A DNA stretch of 64,000 nt from a virus. Lineage: Duplodnaviria; Caudoviricetes. Positions 8,807 to 17,959 of this stretch are shown piece by piece (position 1 is the stretch's first letter; each line of letters opens with the position of its first letter). Below the pieces are notes generated by a model. It worked only from the letters and a program-made list of their open reading frames with translations. It searched no databases and was not told where the DNA came from. The position numbers and the translations under genes are program-made. Where the stretch lies: IMG/VR virus record IMGVR_UViG_3300032292_000703, positions 2,964-66,963 of that record; one strand, written 5' to 3'.

Positions 8807-8834
8807 ACCCCACCTGTTAAAGGTGGGGTTTTTT
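8807..8834 (+). terminator. Intrinsic terminator
   Basis: ACCCCACCT-GTTAA-AGGTGGGGT plus T-run. Confidence 0.85.
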
Positions 8835-8857
8835 ACTTTTTTAGATATTTATATACT

Positions 8858-9925
8858 ATGAACAGAAACATACTAAATTTTAATCTGTTACTTGGATTTT
8901 CAGCACTATTCATTGCAGGATGTGCTGCATTCTTTTCCATTTGGGGTATCGGGTTGTTATTTTCTGGGGCGTCTATTGCTGCTATGATAATGGCATCATC
9001 GTTGGAATTGGGTAAACTTGTTGCTACATCGTTTTTGTATAGGTTTTGGAAACGGTCTCAGTGGATGTTGAAGTCTTATTTGTGCGGTGCGGTGTTTGTA
9101 TTGATGTTGATTACATCTTTGGGTATTTTCGGATATCTTACCAGTGCGTATCAACAATCGTCTGTGAAATACGGAATGATGATGGATACAATTAAGACGT
9201 TGGAAGATCAAAAGAAACAGGAACTTGTTAAAATACAAGATGTCAAAGTTCGTATTGAATCTTTATCATCACTACGTAAAACACAAGAAGCAAGACTTAG
9301 CGAAATCAATACCAATGCGTTGCTTGCTAGAAATCCTATTCAGTTTAGACAAGTACAAGATCAAACAATGGAATTGATTGATCAAACTGATAAAAACATT
9401 CAAGCTGAAAATACCAAATCGTCTGGTTATTCAACAACAATTGACAGTATTGATAAAAAGATTGTTGATTTGAAACTAAACACTGCGTCTAATAAAGATA
9501 TTCAAACGTTTAAGTTTGTTGCTGATGAATTGAATGTAAGTCTTAACACTGTCGTCAAATGGTTTATTCTAGTATTGATTTTTGTATTTGATCCTCTCGC
9601 AGTTGCTTTGATATTAGCGTACAACATGGCTATCAGTAAAGAATATGCTATATATACAAAAGTAGCAACTCCTGAACCAAAAAAGGAACCAGAGCCAGTT
9701 GTTAAAAAAGAAGAAAAGTTTGTAACCGAACCACCTTTACAACAGTCTATTCCACAACCAACTGAAACCGTAAACACCGAAGTTGTTGATATTGTTGAAA
9801 AATATGATACAAACAATGATGGTAAAATTGATACGGATGAAGCTAAAACAATGTCTGCTGAAGAGTTTAAGAAAATGGAAAATCACGGCGATGAATTTTT
9901 TAAACGATATTTCACTCACAGATAA
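8858..9925 (+). CDS. Membrane protein: N-terminal TM helices, coiled coil, further TM, C-terminal EF-hand-like motif
   Basis: Hydrophobic aa ~8-95 and ~235-258; DTNNDGKIDTDE; TATTTATA at 8846-8853. Confidence 0.8.
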   Translation: MNRNILNFNLLLGFSALFIAGCAAFFSIWGIGLLFSGASIAAMIMASSLELGKLVATSFLYRFWKRSQWMLKSYLCGAVFVLMLITSLGIFGYLTSAYQQSSVKYGMMMDTIKTLEDQKKQELVKIQDVKVRIESLSSLRKTQEARLSEINTNALLARNPIQFRQVQDQTMELIDQTDKNIQAENTKSSGYSTTIDSIDKKIVDLKLNTASNKDIQTFKFVADELNVSLNTVVKWFILVLIFVFDPLAVALILAYNMAISKEYAIYTKVATPEPKKEPEPVVKKEEKFVTEPPLQQSIPQPTETVNTEVVDIVEKYDTNNDGKIDTDEAKTMSAEEFKKMENHGDEFFKRYFTHR

Positions 9926-10009
9926 ATCAAAATTTTTTGTCGTTTACAATCATTGACACTATTTAATTTTAACTAACAACCAATAGCAGGTTGTTTAAGT
10001 TAACTTTCT

Positions 10010-10147
10010 ATGAGTCAAGAAGAAATCTGTGAAATTGTACAAATGTTACGAGAAGCCAAAACAGCCAAAGATTGGGATGTGGTTGATGACGCTCTCATAT
10101 ATCTAACAAACTATTGTAATGAATGTGAAGAAGATGAAGAAGAATAA
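10010..10147 (+). CDS. Small acidic hypothetical protein (45 aa, MSQEEICEIVQML...), not in the ORF track
   Basis: ATG 10010 to TAA 10147, abutting the next gene; TATTTAAT at 9960-9967. Confidence 0.6.
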   Translation: MSQEEICEIVQMLREAKTAKDWDVVDDALIYLTNYCNECEEDEEE

Positions 10148-10150
10148 GTT

Positions 10151-10465
10151 ATGATTATATTAAGTCTATTGTTGGGACTGTTTTTTGCCACGACAGTTAT
10201 ATTAGGTTATATCGTTTATATTTGTCAAAATAAAATTGACATTTATGAGGGTTGGATAGTAGAATTCAAGAATGATGTTAGTGAAGTTTATCAACAGATT
10301 AAATTAATCGATGATAAACAGTTATTTGAAAAAGACGATGAAGTGGGATCGATCTTTTCAGATTTATATTTAATAATCCAAAAACTCAATCAAAGGATAG
10401 AAGAAAATGTCAAAAACCAAAATCAAAACCAAGAAAACCAAGAAGACAAAGAAGACATCACCTAA
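10151..10465 (+). CDS. Membrane-anchored coiled-coil hypothetical protein
   Basis: N-terminal hydrophobic segment followed by a charged helix. Confidence 0.7.
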   Translation: MIILSLLLGLFFATTVILGYIVYICQNKIDIYEGWIVEFKNDVSEVYQQIKLIDDKQLFEKDDEVGSIFSDLYLIIQKLNQRIEENVKNQNQNQENQEDKEDIT

Positions 10466-11330
10466 GACTAAATCAACTAAAAAGGGCAAGAAGCCAGCGC
10501 CCAGACTGGTAACTCGTTTGACAAAAAAGAAGCCAGTCACTACATCCAAAAAGAAATCCGTGACAAAGACTGTAACCGAAAATCCGGTTGCTATTGTGAC
10601 TATTTCTGACGAACCTGTCATTTCTTCAAATGTTAAGAAGAGAAAGGCTCGTAAGCCTAAGGAAAAGATGTATTTTACATCTGATACCGAAGACGCTATT
10701 AATGAATACAACTCTACTGATGATCAATCGGTCAGAGATGAAATTTATAACATCAAGATCAAGTATGCGTTTGAAAAGTTGGTAGAAAACGTGTTTAATA
10801 CGTTTAAGTTCTGTTACTTTGAAACAAGTCCTATTGAAGTACAAAAGGAAACTGTCGCACATTTGGTTGCAAACATTCACAAGTTTGAAAGTGGAAAGGG
10901 TAAGGCATTTAGTTATTTTAGTATTATTGCCAAGAATTATCTGATTTTCCAGAACAACACCAACTACAAACGTTTCAATCAACATGTTGAAATCGGTGAT
11001 GATTCTGGTGAAAACACTTACAAGTTGCAACAGGAAGATGGTTATTACAAGGATGAAGAAAACCGTGAGTTTCTTGACCTTATGGTGAGTTACTGGGAAA
11101 AGAATGTGAACAAGATCTTCACCAAACAACGTGACATTAATATTGCTAATGCAGTTATTGAACTGTTTCGTAACAGTGATAGAATTGATGCTTTCAACAA
11201 AAAAGCACTGTATCTTTACATCCGAGAGATTTCATCTTGTAAGACGCAACAAATCACAAAGGTGATCAATCGTATGAAGAATTATCAGAATAACATCACT
11301 AGAGCTTACGTTGATACTGGTAAGTTGTAA
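10407..11330 (+). CDS. Phage RNA polymerase sigma-like factor (T4 gp55/late-sigma-like) with a Lys-rich N-terminal extension
   Basis: IHKFESGKGKAFSYFSIIAKN resembles sigma region 2 (KFDP.KG..FS.Y); C-terminal HTH-like segment; first ~90 aa are K/T/P-rich. Confidence 0.7.
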   Translation: MSKTKIKTKKTKKTKKTSPKTKSTKKGKKPAPRLVTRLTKKKPVTTSKKKSVTKTVTENPVAIVTISDEPVISSNVKKRKARKPKEKMYFTSDTEDAINEYNSTDDQSVRDEIYNIKIKYAFEKLVENVFNTFKFCYFETSPIEVQKETVAHLVANIHKFESGKGKAFSYFSIIAKNYLIFQNNTNYKRFNQHVEIGDDSGENTYKLQQEDGYYKDEENREFLDLMVSYWEKNVNKIFTKQRDINIANAVIELFRNSDRIDAFNKKALYLYIREISSCKTQQITKVINRMKNYQNNITRAYVDTGKL

Positions 11331-11353
11331 TAGTGTTTTAAAATAAAATAAGG

Positions 11354-11380
11354 AAAACCACTCCAAAAAGAGTGGTTTTT
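11354..11380 (+). terminator. Intrinsic terminator
   Basis: AAAACCACTC-CAAAAA-GAGTGGTTTTT. Confidence 0.8.
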
Positions 11381-11405
11381 CTATTTATAACAATAGATAC
11401 TTAGC

Positions 11406-11771
11406 ATGGATAACGATATTGAAATATACAAAAACAAGAAGTTTTCGGATCTTTGCAAGGATATTGTAAAAAATTCCGAAAATAATCGGGATCAACTTGA
11501 TATTCTTATTAGTGATCTTAGATCATTGATTAAGACAGCAAATGACGCATTAATGATTGTTCCATTGATAAAAGAATACTTGGATGTGCAAGTAAAGAAC
11601 GATGAACAGTTGGTTAAATTGGCAGCAGTAATTCAACGTATTTTGTCCAAACAGACAGTTGGTGCTGACGGAGAAATGACTGGGTTTTTGACAGAAGATG
11701 AAAAACGTCAACTCATGAAAGAAATTGAAGTTATTAACACATCTTCCGAAATAAAGATTAATAAGTCGTAA
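11406..11771 (+). CDS. Helical hypothetical protein, first gene of the baseplate operon
   Basis: 121 aa ORF; TATTTATA at 11382-11389. Confidence 0.8.
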   Translation: MDNDIEIYKNKKFSDLCKDIVKNSENNRDQLDILISDLRSLIKTANDALMIVPLIKEYLDVQVKNDEQLVKLAAVIQRILSKQTVGADGEMTGFLTEDEKRQLMKEIEVINTSSEIKINKS

Positions 11772-11772
11772 T

Positions 11773-13473
11773 ATGAACGCTCCTATCGCAATGGATCAGT
11801 CAAAAGATGTAAATCTTTTGGCAACAAAAAGAGACCTAAAGTTTTTACTTACAGATGTTTCACAGACACCACAGTTTGAACCAGCTGTAGTTCTTGATAT
11901 CATTCTGGATGACACGCATCCTGAAATTAGTGAAAACGGACATTATTTGGATCCAGATCAATGGCCAGAAAATTACATTGGAAAAAAACCATCCATAGAT
12001 GACTTTGATTATACGTGGGTTGGACGTGTTAAGTTGCGATTGTTAAATACACAAACAACTTTACCTAAAGAAGGACTTCCATGGGCACTTCCTTTGGAAA
12101 ACAATATATCAGAATATCCTCTTGTAAACGAAATCGTCGGTGTAGTAAAATATAACGAAAACTTGTATTATACTCGTAAAATCAACTACAAAAATTTCAT
12201 AAACAATAATGCTGATATTGGTTTTGAACAAACGTATGGTGCTAACATGGGCAACCGTGAAGAGTATAAGTCACCAGATGATCCATTTATTGATTATAAA
12301 GGACCAGTAAGCAAACTAAGGGCTGAAGGTGGGTATGGGTTTGAAGGATCTCTAGGTAGATACTTTTTGCACAATCCTTACATTCGTTCATTGAAACGTT
12401 TTGAAGGTGATACGTTGATTGAAAGTAGATTCGGTCAATCAATTCGATTTGGTGGATATGACGATAATCGTGAAAACGATAAAGCATATAGCACAAATCC
12501 CGCACACGATTTTGAAAAGGGATATGCTGATTATAACATTGGACAAAAGAAAACCAATAACTTCTACAATAATGTATATGAAGTTGGTGGTGGAAATCCA
12601 ATGATTTTGTTTAGAAACCGTCAACGTCCTTTGAGAAAAGACAAAGAAATCAAACTTCATGATAGGTTACCACCCATTCCACCAATTGATCCATCTGATT
12701 TGACACATCCAGAAAGAAATACTGGGGGATTTTTGCTGGAAGATATTAATAATGACGGTACTTCAATTCACATTACTTCTGGTTGTACTATTTCTAAATA
12801 CGTTACAACGTGTTACAAAAAGTTATTTGGTAATGATGTACGTGAAGAGGTTGCTGCATTTTGTCCTGATGGTGCTACAACGTTTAACTATCCGATACTA
12901 AATAAAGACCAATTGATAGTAAACACTGATCGTTTGATTTTAAGTAGCAGATTTTCTGAGACTATACATTTTTCTAAGAAACGATATGCTATTGTTACAG
13001 ACAGTGAATATACAGTTGATGCTCACGAACAGATTGTAATGACTACCAATACTAAAACAGTATTTAACAGTCCTGCGATTTATTTGGGGCAATACAATGA
13101 AACCAACGAACCTGCACTGTTAGGACAAACTACGGTTGATTGGTTGTTTGATTTGTGTGAATGGTTAAAAACTCACGTACATTGGTATTTTCATTCACAT
13201 CCTGACGCTGGAGGTGCTTCACTTCCATTTACCCAAATTCCAGTTCAGTTATTTGATTTACAGGAATTGCAAAACCGATTGTCAACATTGATGAGCAGAC
13301 GTGTATTTTTGACCGGTGGTGGATATGCTCCGGGTCAAGATGGTGCAACAATACAGGATGGATCACAACCCGTTAGTGTTAACGTTGAGACGGGTGATGG
13401 TGTTCCGGGTGGATTTTTCGGTATAGATCGTCGTAATAGACAAGTTGTAGATGTTTTGGAAACTGAAACATAA
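11773..13473 (+). CDS. Baseplate hub/central spike protein (gp5/gpV-like)
   Basis: N-terminal OB-fold-like segment (GRVKLRLL...PL......YPLVNEIV), GDTLIESRFGQSIRF, beta-strand-rich C-terminus ending in an HxH pair (HVHWYFHSH); lies before gp25. Confidence 0.7.
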   Translation: MNAPIAMDQSKDVNLLATKRDLKFLLTDVSQTPQFEPAVVLDIILDDTHPEISENGHYLDPDQWPENYIGKKPSIDDFDYTWVGRVKLRLLNTQTTLPKEGLPWALPLENNISEYPLVNEIVGVVKYNENLYYTRKINYKNFINNNADIGFEQTYGANMGNREEYKSPDDPFIDYKGPVSKLRAEGGYGFEGSLGRYFLHNPYIRSLKRFEGDTLIESRFGQSIRFGGYDDNRENDKAYSTNPAHDFEKGYADYNIGQKKTNNFYNNVYEVGGGNPMILFRNRQRPLRKDKEIKLHDRLPPIPPIDPSDLTHPERNTGGFLLEDINNDGTSIHITSGCTISKYVTTCYKKLFGNDVREEVAAFCPDGATTFNYPILNKDQLIVNTDRLILSSRFSETIHFSKKRYAIVTDSEYTVDAHEQIVMTTNTKTVFNSPAIYLGQYNETNEPALLGQTTVDWLFDLCEWLKTHVHWYFHSHPDAGGASLPFTQIPVQLFDLQELQNRLSTLMSRRVFLTGGGYAPGQDGATIQDGSQPVSVNVETGDGVPGGFFGIDRRNRQVVDVLETET

Positions 13474-13512
13474 GTACATTTTGAACTATAAATCTTGATA
13501 TTTAATAATAAT

Positions 13513-13932
13513 ATGACAAAAGACCTACTAAGACAAATGATTAGAGAGATGGTTAAGGAAGAAGTACGTGCAGCAATTCCTGAAGTTCTTTCAGAGATTT
13601 TTGCTAAACCTGAACAACAGGTGATCAATACTGCTCCAAAGATAAAGACAACATCTACTCCAGTACAACCTGTTGTTCAACCAAAGAAAGAGTATAAGAA
13701 GTATACAAGTAACGAACTTCTAAATAAGGCGTTGAATGAGACTGTTGGTGGACTTCCAAAAGAAGGTGGTATGGTAACATCGGAACTAGCTGCTCCATCT
13801 GTAATGGATAATGTTGAACAAGCACCACCCGTTGTAGCACAAGCATTAACAAAGAATTATTCAGCATTGATGAAGGCAATTGATAAAAAGAAGTCTGGTG
13901 GACTTTCATCTGGGTCTGTATCAATGATGTAA
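13513..13932 (+). CDS. Hypothetical virion-associated protein with an LLRQMIREMVKEE leader
   Basis: ATG at 13513 after TATTTAAT (13499-13506). Confidence 0.75.
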   Translation: MTKDLLRQMIREMVKEEVRAAIPEVLSEIFAKPEQQVINTAPKIKTTSTPVQPVVQPKKEYKKYTSNELLNKALNETVGGLPKEGGMVTSELAAPSVMDNVEQAPPVVAQALTKNYSALMKAIDKKKSGGLSSGSVSMM

Positions 13933-13933
13933 T

Positions 13934-14323
13934 ATGGCAACATTATATCCAATTGGGTTGACATTACCTATTCAAAATGGTGCTGGAGGATTTTTCAACC
14001 AGACCATTTACACTTTGGAACAGGTAAAAACGAACATAATTAACCTTTTGAACACCCGAAAGGGAGAACGTCGTATGCAACCTACCTTTGGACACTCATT
14101 GAATAACTTTGTGTTTGATCCAAATGACACAACGTTACCACAACGTGTTAAACAATCTTTGACAACTGACATCAACTTTTGGATTCCAGTTGCAACTATT
14201 GATAATATTGACATTAAAGTTTTAAAAAAAGAAGACGTGGATATTTATAGATTATACATTAATTTGACCATTTCTGTCAATAACGATCAGGCTCAAATCG
14301 AAATGTTTTTGGAAAATAACTAA
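13934..14323 (+). CDS. gp25: Baseplate wedge protein, GPW/gp25 family
   Basis: QVKTNIINLLNTRKGERRMQPTFG motif; IxxWIP.A.IDNI. Confidence 0.92.
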   Translation: MATLYPIGLTLPIQNGAGGFFNQTIYTLEQVKTNIINLLNTRKGERRMQPTFGHSLNNFVFDPNDTTLPQRVKQSLTTDINFWIPVATIDNIDIKVLKKEDVDIYRLYINLTISVNNDQAQIEMFLENN

Positions 14324-14325
14324 TT

Positions 14326-16281
14326 ATGGCATCGACTACACAGAAAACATTTAAACCTCTAACAAATAAGGACATATCTTATTTGAACAGAGATTTTTCT
14401 CAGTTTAAGAAGAACCTGATTGAGTATACCAAGACGTATTTTCCAAAGAACTATCAGGATTTTTCAGACTCTTCTCCCGGTACCATCTTCATTGATATGG
14501 CGGCCTATGTTGGAGATGTACTTTCATTTTACTTGGATCAACAATTCAAGGAAAGTTTGTTTCCATACACCGAAGAACGTAAAAACGTATTAGCATTATC
14601 CAAATTCTTGGGATATAAGCCAAAGGTATCTCGTCCTTCGTTAACCAACTTTGATGTGTATCAATTGGTGCCATCAATTAAAAACGACGTGGGTGAATAT
14701 GTTCCTGATGAAAAGTATACTCTGCGTATCAAATCTGGAATGCAGTTAATTAACAGTGCGGGAGTAGCATTTGTTACAGCTGATGTTATTGATTTTTCTA
14801 TGGATACTGTTAATTCTCCAAGAGAAATAACGGTAAGTTCCAGAGATGAATATGGTATTCCACAGTTCTTTTTGGTAAAGAAAACCGCAAACGGAATTTC
14901 TGGACAAATTGTAACTAAGACTTTTATTGTTAACGAAAGTACTCCATACTACAAATTGTATTTGGATGAACCAAACGTTCTTGAAATTTTGGATGTACGT
15001 GATCAAGACAACGTACCTTGGTATGAAGTTGAATATCTTGCTCAAGATATTGTGTTAACATCATATGAAAACGTATCTTTGAACGATGATCGATTCATTC
15101 AATATCAATCTTCCGTTCCAAATATCGTTAAGTTGTTGAGAACTCAACGCAAATTTGTTACAAATATTGACCAAAACAATTTGACGTATTTAGAATTTGG
15201 ACCGGGAAATCAGGGTGTGAATGATGAAATTGTTATTCCATCAGCTGAAATTCTTGGTGTGAGTTTGTCAAATTTGAACAACTTGAATGTCAATATTGAC
15301 CCGTCAAACATTGTTAATTCTGATTCGTTTGGTGTGTATCCTAAACAAGGTACTCAATTTACGGTCAAATATTTGGTTGGTGGGGGAGTTGAATCAAACA
15401 GTCAAACTGGAGATATCAACAAAATCGTCAGTGTTGAATACGAAAATGACATCTCGGTATTGTCAAATGCAGAACAAAGTTTGTTTCAGGTAGTACGTAA
15501 TTCATTGGCAGCAGAAAACAATGTTCCTGCTGTTGGTGGTGACGGACCCGAATCAAGTGACGAAGTTAAACAAAACGCCACTGCGTTTTTTGCAGCTCAA
15601 AATCGTGTTGTGACTGCTGATGATTATATTGCTCGTAGTTACGCTATGCCCGCCAAGTTTGGATCCGTAGCTAAAGCAACAGTAATATCCGACAACAACT
15701 TGAACGCTAATTCTATTGTCGATGGACAGTTGACACAAAACAATGAAGTGATCAGCAATCGACAAATTAGTGGTAATCTGAAGAATCCATTTTCAGTTAA
15801 TTTGTATTTGTTGAGTTATGATGAAAACAAAAACTTGACAAAACCGAATCAAGCATTGTTGCACAATCTTCGTCGATATTTGAGTAGATATCGTATGATG
15901 ACTGACGGTATCAATTTGATTGATGGTTATATCATCAATATTGGTGTGGACTTTAAGATTGTCACTTACAACAATTTCAACAAAAAAGAAGTGTTGGCAA
16001 ATTGTGTACAGACCATCAAGGATTTCTTTAATATTGATTTGTGGGGATTCAATCAACCAATTAACTTGAGTCAATTGGAATTAGAAATCGCCAAAGTGGA
16101 AGGAGTTCAATCTGTTGCGTATCTGAAGATCAATAATTTGACATCAAGAAATGGAACGTACTCGGATGTAGAATATAACATTGATGCTGCAACCGTAAAT
16201 AAAATCGTTTATCCATCTCTTGATCCATGTGTATTTGAACTTAAGTATCCAGACGTAGACATAAAAGCCACCTCAGTATAA
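14326..16281 (+). CDS. gp6: Baseplate wedge protein, T4 gp6/Baseplate_J-like
   Basis: RDFSQFK..L.EY..TYFP..Y.DFS..SPG..FID..AYVGDVLSFY; GGDGPES.DEVK.NA..FFAAQNR.VT..DY. Confidence 0.9.
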   Translation: MASTTQKTFKPLTNKDISYLNRDFSQFKKNLIEYTKTYFPKNYQDFSDSSPGTIFIDMAAYVGDVLSFYLDQQFKESLFPYTEERKNVLALSKFLGYKPKVSRPSLTNFDVYQLVPSIKNDVGEYVPDEKYTLRIKSGMQLINSAGVAFVTADVIDFSMDTVNSPREITVSSRDEYGIPQFFLVKKTANGISGQIVTKTFIVNESTPYYKLYLDEPNVLEILDVRDQDNVPWYEVEYLAQDIVLTSYENVSLNDDRFIQYQSSVPNIVKLLRTQRKFVTNIDQNNLTYLEFGPGNQGVNDEIVIPSAEILGVSLSNLNNLNVNIDPSNIVNSDSFGVYPKQGTQFTVKYLVGGGVESNSQTGDINKIVSVEYENDISVLSNAEQSLFQVVRNSLAAENNVPAVGGDGPESSDEVKQNATAFFAAQNRVVTADDYIARSYAMPAKFGSVAKATVISDNNLNANSIVDGQLTQNNEVISNRQISGNLKNPFSVNLYLLSYDENKNLTKPNQALLHNLRRYLSRYRMMTDGINLIDGYIINIGVDFKIVTYNNFNKKEVLANCVQTIKDFFNIDLWGFNQPINLSQLELEIAKVEGVQSVAYLKINNLTSRNGTYSDVEYNIDAATVNKIVYPSLDPCVFELKYPDVDIKATSV

Positions 16282-16282
16282 T

Positions 16283-17959
16283 ATGCATATTTTTATTTTT
16301 CCATCCAAAGATACATACATAACGAACTTTACCAATTTTGAAAACAAAAATTTTGGTATAGACGAGTTGCTGAATATTAGCACTGTAGCTTCTAGTGTCA
16401 AATCTGTTGTCAAATATCAATCCGGAAGTTTGGATTCAAACGACTATATTCTCAACAATTTAGTCAATTTTAATGGTACCGTCATTGGATATTTTTCAGG
16501 AAGTACCACAAATGTAATTATATCTGATACATCCACCAATACATCCATTGTATATGGATCAGTATTGGCATATGCAAATCCAACTTCATCATGTGCTGAT
16601 TTCACAACTACAAGGTTCACAGGTAATGTCACGGGCAGCGTCTCAGGCTACGTTTCAAGCGCTTTGTTGAACGGAACTACATATACAACTCAAACGGTGT
16701 CATTGACCCGTGTAAGCGGAAGTGTGACGGAATTGTCAGGAAGTGTGTCTGGATCAACGGTGCGTGGAAATGTATCGGGTAGTTTAACTGGTATCGTCAC
16801 AGTTCTATCGGGCAGTTTATACGGAATTTCTGGAACCTTGGAAGGGGACATATCTGGTAGTTACAGTTACTACAATCCAAAGTTTTCTTTTAACACCTAC
16901 TCAAAATTTAGTAGAGCGTTACTAAAATTTGATGTATCTGCTATATCCAGTTCAATTTCATCCGGGGACATTGTTGATCCAAAGTTTGTTTTGAATATGA
17001 AAGTTCTGAAACAACAGGAACTTCCATTGACATATACTCTTTACGCTTATCCTGTTAGTCAAAGTTGGGAAATGGGTAATGGAAGATTTGCTGACAATGG
17101 ATCAACTACCGGAGCAAGTTGGAATTATAGAGATTATAGTTCTACAGGTGGAACACGTTGGTACCCATCCAATCCAACAAAGGATTTGTATGACTATTTG
17201 ACCAACGAATCCAATAAATCTATAGCATTTGGAAATGGTGGAGGAACCTGGCATTATTCTGTGCCAAATTCAGCCACGGTATCAACTTCTAGTTTTTGTT
17301 CAACTCTTCATACTGGAAGTTCATTGATTGCTTCACAGAGTTTTGGATACGAATCATCTGATATCAAGATGGATGTTACTCCTATCGTTAAATCATGGAT
17401 GTGCGGTTGTGTTCCAAACGAAGGATTTATTCTATTGACATCGGAAGAGTTAAACACTCAAAACGTCAGCAATGGAAATCTTGGGTTCTATGGTAAAGAA
17501 ACCAATACTATTTACACACCATATGTTGATGTTGTATATGATGATTCAACATTTGTCACCGGAAGTTTGAGTCCAATTACTGATGACACTCAACTTGCTG
17601 TTGTACTAAAGAACGTTAAAAAGGAATATAAGAGTAACAGCGTTGTAAGAATCACAGTGTTTGCTAGAGAAAAATTCCCACTAAAGAATTTTGTTAAGTC
17701 AACACAACAAACCGTATATTTGACACCAAAGTATTTGCCTGAAACTTCATACTATTCGATTAAAGATACTGAAACCGAAGAAGTAATTATTGATTTTGAT
17801 GAAGGTACCAAGTTGAGTTGTGATTCTAATGGTAATTACTTCATGTTGGACATGTCATGTCTACCACAAGAAAGATACTTTAAAATTCTTATCAAGACAG
17901 AATTAAATGGTGCCATTGACGTATTCGACAATAATACTTATTTCAAAATTGTAAGATGA
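16283..17959 (+). CDS. Putative baseplate/virion structural protein with a Ser/Gly-rich beta-repeat insert
   Basis: Lies in the baseplate operon; repeated SGSV/SGSL tracts at aa ~110-195; TIYTPYVDVVYDDS motif. Confidence 0.65.
   Translation: MHIFIFPSKDTYITNFTNFENKNFGIDELLNISTVASSVKSVVKYQSGSLDSNDYILNNLVNFNGTVIGYFSGSTTNVIISDTSTNTSIVYGSVLAYANPTSSCADFTTTRFTGNVTGSVSGYVSSALLNGTTYTTQTVSLTRVSGSVTELSGSVSGSTVRGNVSGSLTGIVTVLSGSLYGISGTLEGDISGSYSYYNPKFSFNTYSKFSRALLKFDVSAISSSISSGDIVDPKFVLNMKVLKQQELPLTYTLYAYPVSQSWEMGNGRFADNGSTTGASWNYRDYSSTGGTRWYPSNPTKDLYDYLTNESNKSIAFGNGGGTWHYSVPNSATVSTSSFCSTLHTGSSLIASQSFGYESSDIKMDVTPIVKSWMCGCVPNEGFILLTSEELNTQNVSNGNLGFYGKETNTIYTPYVDVVYDDSTFVTGSLSPITDDTQLAVVLKNVKKEYKSNSVVRITVFAREKFPLKNFVKSTQQTVYLTPKYLPETSYYSIKDTETEEVIIDFDEGTKLSCDSNGNYFMLDMSCLPQERYFKILIKTELNGAIDVFDNNTYFKIVR

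Noticed and set aside
10370-11129. Antisense ORFs over the sigma-like gene and similar antisense ORFs throughout (e.g. 42800..43198, 58635..59057)
   Set aside because: Mirror-frame shadows of real genes with no recognisable motifs or upstream signals
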